A program made the position numbers and the translations under genes. A stretch of DNA of 64,000 nucleotides from Octopus sinensis (Eukaryota). Shown here one piece after another: positions 1-56,500 of this stretch (its first letter is position 1; each line of letters begins with the position of its first letter). The DNA lies in NCBI RefSeq assembly GCF_006345805.1, contig NC_043013.1, positions 23,250,001-23,314,000 of the forward strand. Reading direction: 5' to 3'. The notes under the pieces are model-generated. The model did not search any database. It worked only from the letters and a program-made list of their open reading frames with translations, and had not been told where the DNA came from.

Positions 1-90
1 CTTTTCCCATTCTTTCTCTTTCACTCACACCTGTACCTGTATGTTGTAGAGTTTCTCTTTTTTTCTCTCAAAGCCTTTTTCTTCTTTCAG

Positions 91-42630
<42,540 letters not shown>

Positions 42631-43019
42631 GTTTGAACCTGTTTCCAGGTTAACTACTTGTTGGTGTGATACTTACTCTTGCTGCACTCCACCTCATCCC
42701 ATCCCCCCTCATTCACTCTCACTGCCTCACATTTCATTTCCACCCCTCTCTCTCTCTCTCTCAACGTAGCTTTGCTGATTGTGTCTCACTTTATCTCTCA
42801 TTATTTATGTATAGATGTGTAGAATGTTTGTGTGTGTGATTGATTCCAATTCATTTATTCCTACCAAAATCTCTCATTCTTCCTTCACATATGACTTCTT
42901 CTCTATTTCATCTTGTAATTTCTCCAACTACACCTATTTACTCTTCAGCCTCCCACTCAAATTTCCATACACATGGAATATGCATGTTGCTATGGAATTT
43001 GTATATATATCTATGACGG

Positions 43020-43300
43020 TGCCTGGCCTTGTGGTTAAGGTATTGCACTCGAGATCATTATATCATGGGTTTGATTCCCAGGCTGGACGGCATGTTGTGT
43101 TCTTGAGCAAATGACTTCATTTCCTGTTGCTCCAGTCCACTCAGCTGTAAAGGGGGTCGCCCTGTCACAAACTAGTCTTCCGATCAGCAGGGAAGGTCAC
43201 CTTAACAGCTGCTGAGTGGCATCGTTCGAAAGTTGAAACAATGCAAAAGCACACTGTGACAAGCAATGTATAACTACATCCAATAGTCTGATTAATCATT
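43020..43300 (+). mobile_element. CORE-like tRNA-derived SINE
   Basis: A/B-box-like head, then gtgttcttgagcaaatgactt...ctccagtccactcagctgtaaaggg resembling the MIR/CORE domain; similar copy at about 47195-47425. Confidence 0.65.
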
Positions 43301-43325
43301 CGATATATGAATATATATTTATATA

Positions 43326-43360
<35 letters not shown>

Positions 43361-46300
43361 ATATATATATACGTACGTAGCTGGTGACGGTATCAGAAAG
43401 AAGCGAGTTCTGGCCACATAGAATAAAGTTCTCAAACACAGGTCTGAGAGCGACTGAAAATACTTATTTGATAATCGCTTGTCCTGCAAAATATATATTT
43501 TATTTCACTTTGGGATTACTGGGGATTAAGGAAGAAAATCTTAAGAGGAGTTAATTATCTTTATATGTAACAAGAAAAAGAAGAGAAAAATCACACACAC
43601 ACACACATTTATATAAACATGTGTGTACAAACATGCTTACACATTTAAATATATATATATATATACACACACACACAAATTTATATATATGCATGCACAA
43701 ATATATATATATATATATCACAGACTTACATATACGCATACACATACATACAAATATATACATGCATTTGTGAAAACACATGCATATAATAGAGATATGT
43801 TCAGGCAACTCACATTATATACACACACATTCACATAGAGAGCCAAACAAAACACGCATACATGTAGACCCACATGTGCACAATAATTGAATGGTTAAAA
43901 TTGAGATGGAGTTCTAATGTAAAGTGTTGAACAGGTTCTTTCCAAAATATATTCATAAATTTAACATTTGTATTCCACATACAATATTAGATGTGCACAA
44001 TCACATACACCAAAGAGTAAATAAATACACATACAACATATATATATATACACCTGTGCGTGTATGTGTGTGATTTTCCTCTTTTCCTTTTTACCATTTA
44101 TAATCGGGTCTTCCTGTATTTTATTGTTTAGTTCCTGGTTTGTCGTAGATAAAACCAAAATATATATTTTGTCAGACTAGAAATTATGGATTTTATACAG
44201 TGTGTATTTAATGGGCAGAAGAAAGGAGTGCTCAGCACATATGGTGTCTTTATGTTCCTCTGTATCTCATCTGCTGATCATACACACACACACTTTCTGA
44301 TGTAGGCACTTGGCTTATACAGACATGAGCGTTAGCAATGAATGTCCCTATTCAGTCGATGTTTCGACCATCATAGGCTGGTGATATAGAATATATGAAA
44401 GCAGATTTTAATTTTCTATGGAGGGGGAGGTGCCAGGGTGTAGAGTGTCAAAGTTCTCTTCTTTCCTCATGATTAAAAAAAAATTTTCTGTTCTGTGGTT
44501 TTAGAAAACTAAATCCTAAGAGATTCTAGGAAGTCTTTTAGTTCTGTCTGTGTGGCTAAAATAGAAGAATCGCTGGTGAACTTTAAAATCCTGTCCGCAA
44601 CTGATGTTATTTTGTTTGGTTCCATGCTCCAGCTGGGACTACTTCTGCCACCTTTGTTTTATGAGGTAGATGAAGTGATTTGCATCGACAGAAAAAGCAT
44701 TGTCCATATTTAATGGTTCAACTGCAGGTCGGTTCTAATCGAACAGACCTGGGGTGAAAGGGAATTCAAACCATGTACATTCCAACCTTTTTTTTTTTTT
44801 AAGATGATAGGATATGAGAGAGGTTTAGTTACTATTTCTAGCAGGTCAAGTGACTACGTGAATGTCCTCATTGGCTTGAATATGTCAAGGGATAAATGAT
44901 AAGGAGCAAGAAATAATAGATTTAATGAAATTAAGACACTTATTTTTCAAATCCAGATGTTTTCATTTGATAACATCTTGATTTTCAGACAATGATGAAA
45001 TATGAGCTTAACTGTAAATAATGAGTTTTGACCTTGAGCCGGCAGAATGACCAGTGTGCTGGACAAGCTGCATAGCCATATTTTGTCTGTCTTTACATTC
45101 CGAGTTGAAATGCTGCTGAGGTCGACTTTGCCTTTCATTGTCGTTGTTGATAAATACCATTTGGGCAAGGGGTCAAAGTAAACGACCAACCTATTCCCCA
45201 CCATCTCCCAAGATTTGGGTCTTGTGCTAAAATTAATATTATTAGTAAGTGGTATGGTTTAATTAAATTTTCAATTCAAAATACTTTTCATTCCTAGATA
45301 GAACAGTTACCCTTTTTTTTTTTCGTTTTAATAGAGATCTCAGTAGAAGTGATGTGGTATTTAGACTGCCCCGCCATCTCACTTTTGTGGTTTCAAATCT
45401 ATTTTAGTTTATTTCATTCCATCTGTGAGAGAGAGACTGTTCATTCTGTCCATTCCATAACTTGATATCTAGCTTTGTGAAGTTTTATGGGTGGGGCAGA
45501 TGCCAAGGAATAAGTTCTTGACCTGTAAAAAGTTATATAAATATATTTATACCTGCCCTACCCTGGTGGAGATTTGCATATCATATCATATATATCCATC
45601 TCACCCAACAGTAAAGTGGAGTGAAGCAGCAGTAATATGACAACACCTCCCCACTCCCACATGTTGTTGTTGTTATTGTTGTTGTTGGAATGATTGTTTG
45701 CTTCACATTCTCATATTGAGAATGATATGCTTTTGTAGCTAGTCTGCTATAAACCTACATCTGTGTTTCTTGCATGCTAATGTGAATGTGCCTGTCAAAA
45801 TAGTTTTTGAGTGAGAACTTTAAAAAAAGTAAGAAAATGTCATTATTTTTTGTGAAAAATGAATTGAAATAAAAAAAAAAAATCAGATTTAAAAGTTTTT
45901 TTTTATTCGAAAGCCAGTTTAATCTACTTTTGACTGAGCTTTATGTATAAATTATTAAAGTTTTTTTCCATTTAATTTAATTGATTTCTATTTTTTATTA
46001 ATTTAATATTTTGTTTGATTTGAATATTAATTAATTATTGTAACAGTAATTAGTAACATTAATTGATTATTGCTTTTTGGCAAAGGATGGTAGATTGGTA
46101 GAATTGATTAGTGTCAAACAAAATGCCCTGTATTTAGATGAAAAGCCTATTTGTCCAGAGATTGAGCCTACCTTTTATCCTTCAAAGGATGGGTGGAATG
46201 AAGAAGCACCAGCAAATACCTGGGTGGATTGAATGAACTGGTCTCTGTTTCTCACTTTGCGACTTTCTTAGAAATCAATATTATTCTAGGATCCAGTAAC

Positions 46301-46827
46301 AATGTCGTCACGATGGTCGTAGGTCTTCTTGATGGATACTTTATGAAATCTAAACGTCTCCTCTGTTCCTTGTTTAATCTCCTTGAAGAAACACACGGAT
46401 TAAGCTTTGCAAAATAATGATTACAAAAGCAGTAACGAAAGATGGTTAAACTGAATGGCAAGTGCTACTTAGTGTTGTAGCTCTTTATTGAGAGTTCAAA
46501 TCCTGTTAAACTAGTCCAAATTAACATTAGTGAGGGTGGGGTACAAAATTATCTCTTGGTGACCAATATTTGGTATTCATGTGGACATTATCCTCAACCA
46601 CACACCACCCACTCAACAAAACCAACTTTTCATTTCAACATTCATAAAAAAAATTTTTTTAAATCCAAAGGACAAAATTGTCCATCAGTGATTCTTGTAT
46701 AATTCCATAAAAGCTATAAAACTAAAAAAAAAAAACAAAGGATTTATCCCAAAATGTGCCTTCATTGACACAGAAGACACAATGACACAAGGCGGATAAC
46801 ACCACCTCAGCTCTTTACCAAATTTAA

Positions 46828-47030
46828 CTCTTTAGCATTGAAACTGGCCATGCCCAACCCAAAGATTCTTCCTGTTTTATGTTGAAACTGGTCAGATCTG
46901 GCCTCTCACACCCACCCTTCAATGCCATTCTAAAATAGACAATTCTACTATTGAAATGTCAAAGCTATGAGGTAACGCATGATTAATTCAAAACAAGGTA
47001 AACGTTAGATTTGATAGAATGCTAAAAGGG
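46828..47030. mobile_element. piggyBac-type MITE (family 1)
   Basis: TTAA at 46824-46827 and 47031-47034; ends ctctttagcatt / aatgctaaaaggg. Confidence 0.8.
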
Positions 47031-49746
47031 TTAATTAACTTTTCATTAATTATAAAACGACACTTAAACTGATTTCTTCTTTGTACAAACTCCTCCTCTT
47101 TTGGACACTTATCAGGATGCTCTGCACCAACATCCATGCTTTTAAAGCTTCTTACGGAATAAAAGCAAATGGATTTCAATTGCTGTGGTAATGTGTGTTG
47201 TGTAGTGGCTTTGATTCCTGGCAGTGCACTGTGTCCTTGAGCAAGACACTTTATTTCACTTTAGTGCTCCAATCCACTCAGCTGTATTTCAAAGGCAAAC
47301 CTTGTCACATTCTTGCTGAATCTCCCTGACAACTACATTAAAGGTACATGTATCTGAGGAGTACTCAGCCACTTGCAGATTAATTTCACGAGCAACCTGT
47401 TACACTGATCGGATCGACTGGAACCGATGGAGTGCCAGTATATTTCAACTGCAATATCTTTTAAATCCGTGGGGAGAGTTCATCTTTGTGAATTCTTCGA
47501 ATCTTGACAAACTTGGTTCAAATCTCACTGAACTCACATCTGCCTCTCACTTTTCCCAGGGTCAGTAAAATAGGCACCAGTCATGTACTCAAGCTGATTT
47601 GGTCGACTGTTCTCAATTGCTCACAAACACTGACTCATTAATAATGTTGCTAACATTATTGCAATAAATATTTATAATGTGTTCAATGGATGTGCTGAGT
47701 TCAAACTTACTTCATGCAACTTTGTGCTCTGCTCCGGGGCAATTCAGTTTGTCATCATCATCATCATCATCATCGTTGTTTAACGTCCACTTTCCATGCT
47801 AGCATGCGCTGGACGGTTTGAGTGAGGGCTGGCAAGCCAGAAGGCTGCACCAAGCTCCAATCCAATGTAAGCAGTTATGTTTGCTTATTTCATCTCATTT
47901 TTCACTCATACTCATCGGTTATTGATTGCAATCACACACACACACACCATTGATTTTATTGCATCTTGGTTCCTAAAACCTGTCAAACTATCTGGATTAC
48001 AATTTCAACTCGACCAACAAAGTTCCCTGGTTGACATACCTACCATAGGCAGTATCAAAAAATCCAATTTTTCAGATAAAATGCAGCCAAAATGTGAGCG
48101 ATGAGCACAACAGTGGTGGCTGTTGTTGTAAGAGTTCTGGGATTGATGTCAAAATAGAAAAGGGGTGCACAATTTATCAAAAGTCAAAATAAGTTTAGAA
48201 AGTGTAGGGAATTTGTTGACATTTTTAGTGAGATTCTGTTAAGGTAGGAATAAAAATGAAAAATACAAAGATCTCTCTCTCTCTCTCCATCCACTCAAAT
48301 TGTGATATAGTTATGTTATGTGAACTTAAAGAATTTATGAAAAAATTTCATCTGGTATGGGGGGAAAAAGTGTAAAAAGTAATAAACAAGAATTCTACCT
48401 GTGACTAATTAATTTTATACTTCATATATCTCTGGAATGTACTGAGGTGTATTTGAAACTGATAATGATATCCAAATTTTGGATGTGATGCAGGTTGTTT
48501 GTTTGAATGGCACATAAGTCTTTGGTCGGTTGAGGAAGGGCTGAAGTATTTCTTTGATGGTTACTTGCTTGGTTTCTGGAGACAACTGGAATGATTTTGG
48601 CTCAGCATTGCATGTATTGTTGATAGGGCACTTTACAATTATAGAGTATCGTTATGATGTAGTTTAGCCCCAGGCATCCATTGTCTCTTTTTTTTTAACC
48701 ATTAAAAGTTGGGTGTGATTTGATGAAGGTTTGACTGCTGCTATTTCTAGCAGATCTAAGGAATGTGCTGGTTTATTTGTTGGTTGTTTCCTGATTTGTG
48801 GTGAATGGATACAACATTACCAAATGATTATGAAGTGTGCTTTACAGTAATGATGGGCTGGCTTTGACTCTACTGTGTGGCCATCTTGTACCACAGCCTT
48901 TGGTCAGTCCAAAGGCTGCTGGATGGATTATCATAACTGTAATTTGAAGCTACAGCCTTGTATTGTGTCACTCTGATTCTCCTTGAGAATTATGGTTACA
49001 GGACAATTTTCTGTGGAATTGATGGAATATTTTAGGTGTCTATGTGATTGGAAGAAAAGCTAGGGAATGTTCGTTTCTTTCTGTTTGTATCATTTGAGAC
49101 TTGTAAATAAGTGTCACCGTTACACAAATGGTCAAGGAAACAGGTGACCATTGACAACAGGAAGGGCATTTGACCACAGGAAATCTATCTTTGATGTATT
49201 CCATCTGACCCCTGTGAAGATGGAAAAGTGAATGTTAAAACCATGTGGGCAGTGGTGGTGGTGGTAATGATGAGGATGATGATTCTGAGCCCAGAGTTCT
49301 TGACTGCAGGCATATCATTTTATATTTGGCTAAGCAGGAGACTTTTTTTCTGCATCTATTTCTCAATCCATCCATCCATCCATCCATTCATTATATATAT
49401 ATATAGATATAGATATACGTACATATTGAAGAAAGAGATATTGTCTACTGTTGTTAGAGGTTCTCCATGTTGTTGGAAGTATTAAGGTCAATCCTCAGAA
49501 AAAGGATTAAAAACAAGATGAATGACTGCTGATATCTTGTGTAGCAGATCTGTCCAACCCACAGTAAATTAGGCAGTAAAATGCTATGATAAACGTTATT
49601 TGAACATCATGAAGGACTCAGTTTTCATTTAGGTTAATTAACTTAGCTAATTATGAATGAATTAACTGCTAAGGTTTTCATTGTAAAATGGACCCCTTGA
49701 TGGGATCCTTGTATATAATATATACAGATTCCCTTCCTGCTCTCTC

Positions 49747-49789
<43 letters not shown>

Positions 49790-49799
<10 letters not shown>

Positions 49800-50063
49800 A
49801 TGTGTATGTGTGTATATATATCATCATCATTGTTTAACGTCTGCTTTCCATGCTGGCGTGGGCTGGACAGTTTAACTGAGGGCTGGCAAGCCAAGAGGCT
49901 GCTCCAGACTCTAATCTGATCAGGCAAGGTTTCTACAGCTGGATGCCCTTCCTAACGCCAACCGCTCCGAGAGTGTAGTGGGTGCTTTTTACATGCCACT
50001 GGCACAGTAGCCAGTCAGACGGCTCTGGCATTGGCCATACATATATATATGTGTGTGTGTGTA

Positions 50064-50141
<78 letters not shown>

Positions 50142-50403
50142 GTGTATGTGTGTATATATATCATCATCATTGTTTAACGTCTGCTTTCCATGCTGGCGTG
50201 GGCTGGACAGTTTAACTGAGGGCTGGCAAGCCAAGAGGCTGCTCCAGACTCTAATCTGATCAGGCAAGGTTTCTACAGCTGGATGCCCTTCCTAACGCCA
50301 ACCGCTCCGAGAGTGTAGTGGGTGCTTTTTACATGCCACTGGCACAGTAGCCAGTCAGACGGCTCTGGCATTGGCCATACATATATATATGTGTGTGTGT
50401 GTA

Positions 50404-50435
<32 letters not shown>
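49790..50435. repeat. Identical direct duplication (about 300 bp, offset 340 bp) bounded by (TA)n
   Basis: 49801-50090 matches 50141-50430 base for base on reading. Confidence 0.9.
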
Positions 50436-50446
<11 letters not shown>

Positions 50447-52178
50447 CATATATATGTGCAGGTTAAGCTGCATGGCTGTGCTAAATAACTGATTAATTAC
50501 CCTGAAGAAAATAAAAACAACACATTTGATGTTAAAATTTAAAATTTATAAAATTGCCAACAGAAAATAGAGTTAAGTAAGTAAGTCTAAGAAAGTTAGG
50601 TTGTCATCCTGTAGTTTAGTCAGTAAACAGGTATTTATAAACTCCACAATTGAATCTTTAGAACACCTGATGGAGTGCTTTACATGATGTTTTCTTTTTC
50701 CAGTTCTTTGTGTTTTGAGCTCAAATCTCACTGACAGCTTTGCTTCTTATCTTTTGAGCATTCAGGTTTCATTCCTCTGTCTGTCACTCTCTCTCTCTCT
50801 CTCATAGCAAGACACCCACACCCAATGCTTCCAGAATCTCGGTTTTGACGAGGTAGGGGGGACAAGTTGTCTGAAGAACTACATATTGCCAGTCATCCCA
50901 GTCCTTTGTCATCCCCATGTGGCTCATGGCCCTGAGATCAGCCTTCACCACTTCACCCCATGTTTTCTGAAAGCTCTGTCCCCATTCATACCCATCACAT
51001 CTCCCTTCAAGCAAAGTCATCCTTCTTGTACACTTCTACCTGATTCCTCTTATGCCCCGTTTTTCTCTCAATACATTTGAACCGTGTCATCCAGGTACAC
51101 GAGTTGATTTTTCTGGAAATGAAAAGTTAATAAATCAAATCAACTTTAAAATTGAAAGGGTTCAACGGAAAGAGTGGAACAGTTCCGGAAGCAACTGTCA
51201 GAGCATATAAAAGAAACAAAAGACGGACTAATCAGAACCAGAAGAATTGCTGGAGCTTCTGTTAATTTAAGGCACGTATCATGCTTATGTGGTAACATTA
51301 TGGCAACAATGAGAAATGCTCCACTATTTTGGATAGAAAATAAAACCCAACATTGTGACATTGCCTACATGTGTATGTGTGTGTGACACATATATGTAAT
51401 CATCATCATTTAACACTTTCCATGCTGGCATGAGTTAGATGCTTTGGCAGGAGTCGGCCAAGCAGAAGGCTGCACCAGACTTCTGTGTCTGTTCTGGCAC
51501 AGTTTCTATGGCTGGATGTCCTTCCTAACAGCAACCACTCAGCAGAGTGGACTTCATGCTTTTTACGTATTCGCATTCCTATTTTAAGTATGGTGCCTCT
51601 TGTGTAACAATGCAATTCTGTATTCAGTGCCGCCTTCTTTCATCATCACAGGCCCCTGTATAAGGTATCCAATACCCATGATCTAACTCTCATACAGTCA
51701 CCAGTCTCTATTTCTGTCCCCTCAGTCTTTGTCCCCTTCCTTGAGTCAGGCTCTTTCTACTCTCCACACTCTTGCTCCTTTCACTTACCTATTCTGGTTC
51801 TTCTGATATTGCCGTCTCAGCCATTCGGTCACACATCCTGGAAGCAAGTAGTAAAGACTTTTTTAGTCTTATAAATCACAAGGTCACTCACTGAGGCTGG
51901 TGCCATGTTTAAACGCACCCAGTACACTGTGTGAAGTGGTTGGTTTTAAGAAGGGCGTCCAGACATGGAAACCAAGCCAAAAGGGAATTGGACAGGCAAG
52001 ACATGCTTCTCTGACTTGTGAAGATGAGTAGGAATTCTGGATGAAACCTCGCTTGGACTTTGCTGATGCATGCAAAGCATATATTATTAAAATGATGTAT
52101 ATGTATGTATCATGGAAAATGGATGTTAAATGATGATGATGATGTGTATGTGTGCGCACACATATATATGTGAGTATG

Positions 52179-52219
<41 letters not shown>

Positions 52220-53549
52220 TATATGCACACATATTATACACACAGTTAGACTCGTGTTACTCAAATCAGTGTCCTGTGAACATTTCACTAGCTATATTGT
52301 GTATAACCCAAAATGCAAGAATAATAATAGTAGTAGTAGTTCTGCCATTTGTTTTAATTATGGTTAAAAGTGAATTTTGTTTATATATGGTTACCCAATT
52401 GACTTGTTTGATCTCAGTTGATAAACTTTAATTAGCAATCAAACAGAAAACGAGTCTCTGCAGCCTCTGAATTCTGCTGATGCGACATCGAAACTTGCTC
52501 AAGACAACAATACTAGGAATGTAACAGTATCCAGCATCAAAAATGCAAAACTGGTAATGAAAGAATTTATCAAAGGAAGCAGCGTTTGCCGTGCATTGAA
52601 AAGAAAATCTTAGAAATCAATGGAAGTGGATTTAGCCATATTTTTGTTTGAAAATGGGATTCTTATTTTTGGCCTGATTTTACAAGAAATAAACTTTGTT
52701 TCCACGAACAAATCCAATCAGAAAAACAATTTTTCAATGAAAATCCCACCAGGGTGATTACAGTGTTGTAAAGTTCTTTATGGCATTAAATACTTTAGCT
52801 TTCTTGAGAATCAGAAGTCAATGGATGACAGCACCATAAACAACTTCATCCGACAATCCATTTTCTACGAAGAAAATTACGAACTTGAACAGTTGTACAA
52901 TATGTACGAAAAATGGGTTGTTTAGGTGTGCAAACATTTGCATCCTCTGAGGAAAACCAACTATGAAGACCTGAAATACATAAATATCAGAGTGTGACTT
53001 TAACTTGAATTCGATGCCACTGTCATTCACAAATTACCATTTGTCCTTATGTAATAATATATTAATCCATGTTGCTCCAAGACTAATGACAAGATCTCGT
53101 TTAACATGAAGTACAAGTCATAAAACAAGACATGGATGGTATGTTCACTTTTTAATCTTAGTTTTTTGGGGAAGAATTTGTAACTGCTTGATAGAGTCCG
53201 TTGAGAAAGTGTTGGACTGGAGCAATTTGTGACAACATGGGGGGGGGGGGTCACACAGTATGGACGACTGCTAGGCAGAGAGGTCAAGTGTTTGGTTCCA
53301 AAATACAGCCATTCAGTGAGGGACTCGTCACAACAATGGAGAAATATCATAACCCGACCATGTTGCGTACGGTAATCGAGGAAGACATTCTGATGGGAGG
53401 ATGAAGAATGTGATGACGGCTTCTTCTTACTTCATTGTCGCTTTTTGGTGAAAGAAATTTGTAAAAGCATGGCATCGGTTACAAAGTTACTGTCGTTTGT
53501 GAAAAGTAATGATCGTAGGTATTTTTAGGTTCATACAGATATCTATGAC

Positions 53550-53585
<36 letters not shown>

Positions 53586-56500
53586 ACCTGATATATATGT
53601 GTGTGTGTGTGAGGCTGTATAAAAATATTATTTGTCCCTTGTTGCTTGTGATTGAAAAAAATAATCGTTTTGTTTCTTTCCTTTTTTTTTACCAATAAAT
53701 CCATGATTGCATTCTTTTACTCTTTTTTGTTAATATTTGTTTTGTTTTTGTTTATTTATTTACCTCATCCCTGTAGCTATTGCTGTAGTTGTTCTGCATG
53801 CTTGCTTGCACTGACGCTAGTTTGCTTCTAACATCAAAAAAAAAAAAAACATCTTTTTATTTGTTTATCAATCTTGCTTTTTTCTGTGTTTATATAAATA
53901 TATATACATTTTTTTTCAGCTGGTCTGTAACTTTTTTTCCTTTTATTAACAGACAGGGGCTTCTATTTTTACTTCTATTTATCTTTCATATTTGTATGCC
54001 ATTAAACTGGCCATGCTGGGGCACCATCTTGAAGAATTTCAGTCAAAGGAATTGACCCTGCTACTTATTTTTTTTTCTTAAAGCCTGTTATTCATTCTGT
54101 TGGCCTGTTTTTGCTGAGCTGCTAAGTCATGGGGACACACCAACACTGGTTATTAAGTGGTGGTGGGGACAAACATAAACACACGTGCATGTGCATGCAC
54201 ACACACGCACGGTGGGCTTCTTTCAGTTTCTGTCTACCAAATCCGTTCATAAGGCTTTGGTCAGTACAAGGTTTTAGTAGAAAGATACTTGCCTAAGGTG
54301 CCATGCAGTGGGACTGAACCGGGAACCACGTGGCTGGGAAGCAAGCATTTTACCACACAGCTATGCCTGCCCCTATGTAAATTTTTTTCTTATTCTGATT
54401 ACAAGTATTTGTCTTGTCCCTTGTTGATTCTTGACCCAATTCTTCTAGACGAATATTGGCAACCTTCTAATATGCTTATCAATAGTGACACACCACAGAG
54501 AGTTCAAATCTAGCCGAGGCCAACTTTGCTGTTCATCATTTTGAGCTCAGTTAAATAAAGTATGAGTCAATTACTCAGATCAGTGATATCAACTGGTCCC
54601 CTCTCAATTGCTGGCCTTGTGCCAGAATTTGATGATATTATTTAGGCAGAGAGTTGACAGAATCATTAGCATGCTGGGCGAAATGCTTTCGTCTGCCACT
54701 ACATTCTGAGTTCATCTTCCGCCGAGGTCGACTTTGCCTTTCATCTTTCCAGTATTGATAAATCAAGTACCAGCAAAACACTGGGGTCAATGTAATTGAC
54801 TCATCCCTTCCCCTAAATTTGAAGCCTTGTGCCTCCAGTAGAAAGGATTATTATTATTATTATTATTATTTATAAAAATGTTGAAATTCTTCACAAAAGT
54901 AGATACATAATTAGAAGAGAACAATTCATAATAAAACAAAGATAAGACAAGAATACAGAGGAAATGCAGAAATTCCAAAATTCAACAGGACTGTCCCGTA
55001 ATCCAGTTTTGCTTGTTCTTAACTGTTTACAAGAAGAAACAAAAGGCAACAAAAAAAAAGAAGAAAAGAAAGTGGACACTGAGTCAAAAAGTTTTGTATA
55101 AATCTGTGGAAGAGAATCTACAGAAAGTGTAATTGCAAGAATAAAGAATAGGATGGAGAAGGTTCAGAAAGCTTTTACCTCTGTTGGCAACCAAAGGTCT
55201 CTCTCTCTCTCTCTCTCTCTGAGTGAAAAGAAGATTGTATGATGCTTGTGTGTGAACTGCAATGCTACATGGTAGTGAAATGTGGGCCCTGAAAGCAGAG
55301 GAGATGTGAAGGCAAGATAGGAATGAAGTTGGTGTGAATGCTCTGTTGGATGTGCAATGTCAGTGTACATGTAGGACAGAGCACTGGCAGACCAAGAGAA
55401 CTGGGTATAAGAGGAATTAGATTCAGGGTGCAAGAGAGGAGGCTGCACTGGTTTGGATTGTGTGGTGTGGATGGATTCCAGTAGCTCTCATAAAGGAGTG
55501 CTGGTTACTTAAAGTGGAAGGAAGTGGGAGATCCTGCAAGACATGGGACAAAGTATTGAAGGGCGAGTTCAAAACACAGAACCCTTACGAAGGAGAGGAC
55601 ATAGGACTGTGATAATGTGGCACATTGCTGTGCTGAAGGAGGCTTGCCCACCACAACAGAATTGGTCCCCTAAAACCAAGGTGTCACATAAAACACACTC
55701 AGTGCACCCTGTAAAGTGTTTGACATTAGGAAGGGCATCCAGCTGTGGTTACTATACCGAAACCGACCTTGGAACCTGGTGCAGCCCTTGGCTTTGTCAG
55801 TTCCTCTCATACCATGCGACTCGTGCCAGCATGGAAAACGGATGTTAAATAATGAGGATGATGGAATTTTACAGTCATTTTGTTCATTTCTTCCCAACCC
55901 GCATGTCTTAACTGAATTCCTTTAGTTATTAACTGGGACCAAAATGTTTGCTGGCATTTCAAGTGTTTGCAGGAGATATTTCATAAAAGTGAAGAATTTC
56001 AGCTGCCAGTTGTTACCTTTAGACATAACAAGGTGTAAGACAAAAATTAACTTACTAGCAAGACCCAGGAATACTTCATGGAATTAATGGTAAAACTTAT
56101 TGGGTTATTTCTGAAAACTTTATCCAAAACAACTGAAAGCGTAGCCTGTGTTGTGTCTGTATGGAAAGATGGTCGCTCATCTGCTACTCATTGAAAAGTG
56201 AAGGAAACTGGAATACGATTACTTAACGCACTTTATATACTTTATGCACAATTTTATAGGCTTTAATACACAGCACTCATAAAATAAATATCCACTTTCA
56301 TTTTTCTATTTTACCCGGAAACAAAAAAATATATTCCATGCCTATGATACAACCTTTAATTACCTTGCAAATATCTGCTGCATAAATAGGCGTGAATATT
56401 TCACAGAACTGCACTTATGTGCATGTGTTAAGTGATGGGTGATATGAAAATAAATACACTTTTCACTATCCAGTCACCACTACCATCATCATCTCTCTCT

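Noticed and set aside
46060-46232. Open frame containing EEAP, checked as the missing BRK2 exon
   Set aside because: No acceptor, no WLxxNP motif, and it overlaps a SINE remnant.
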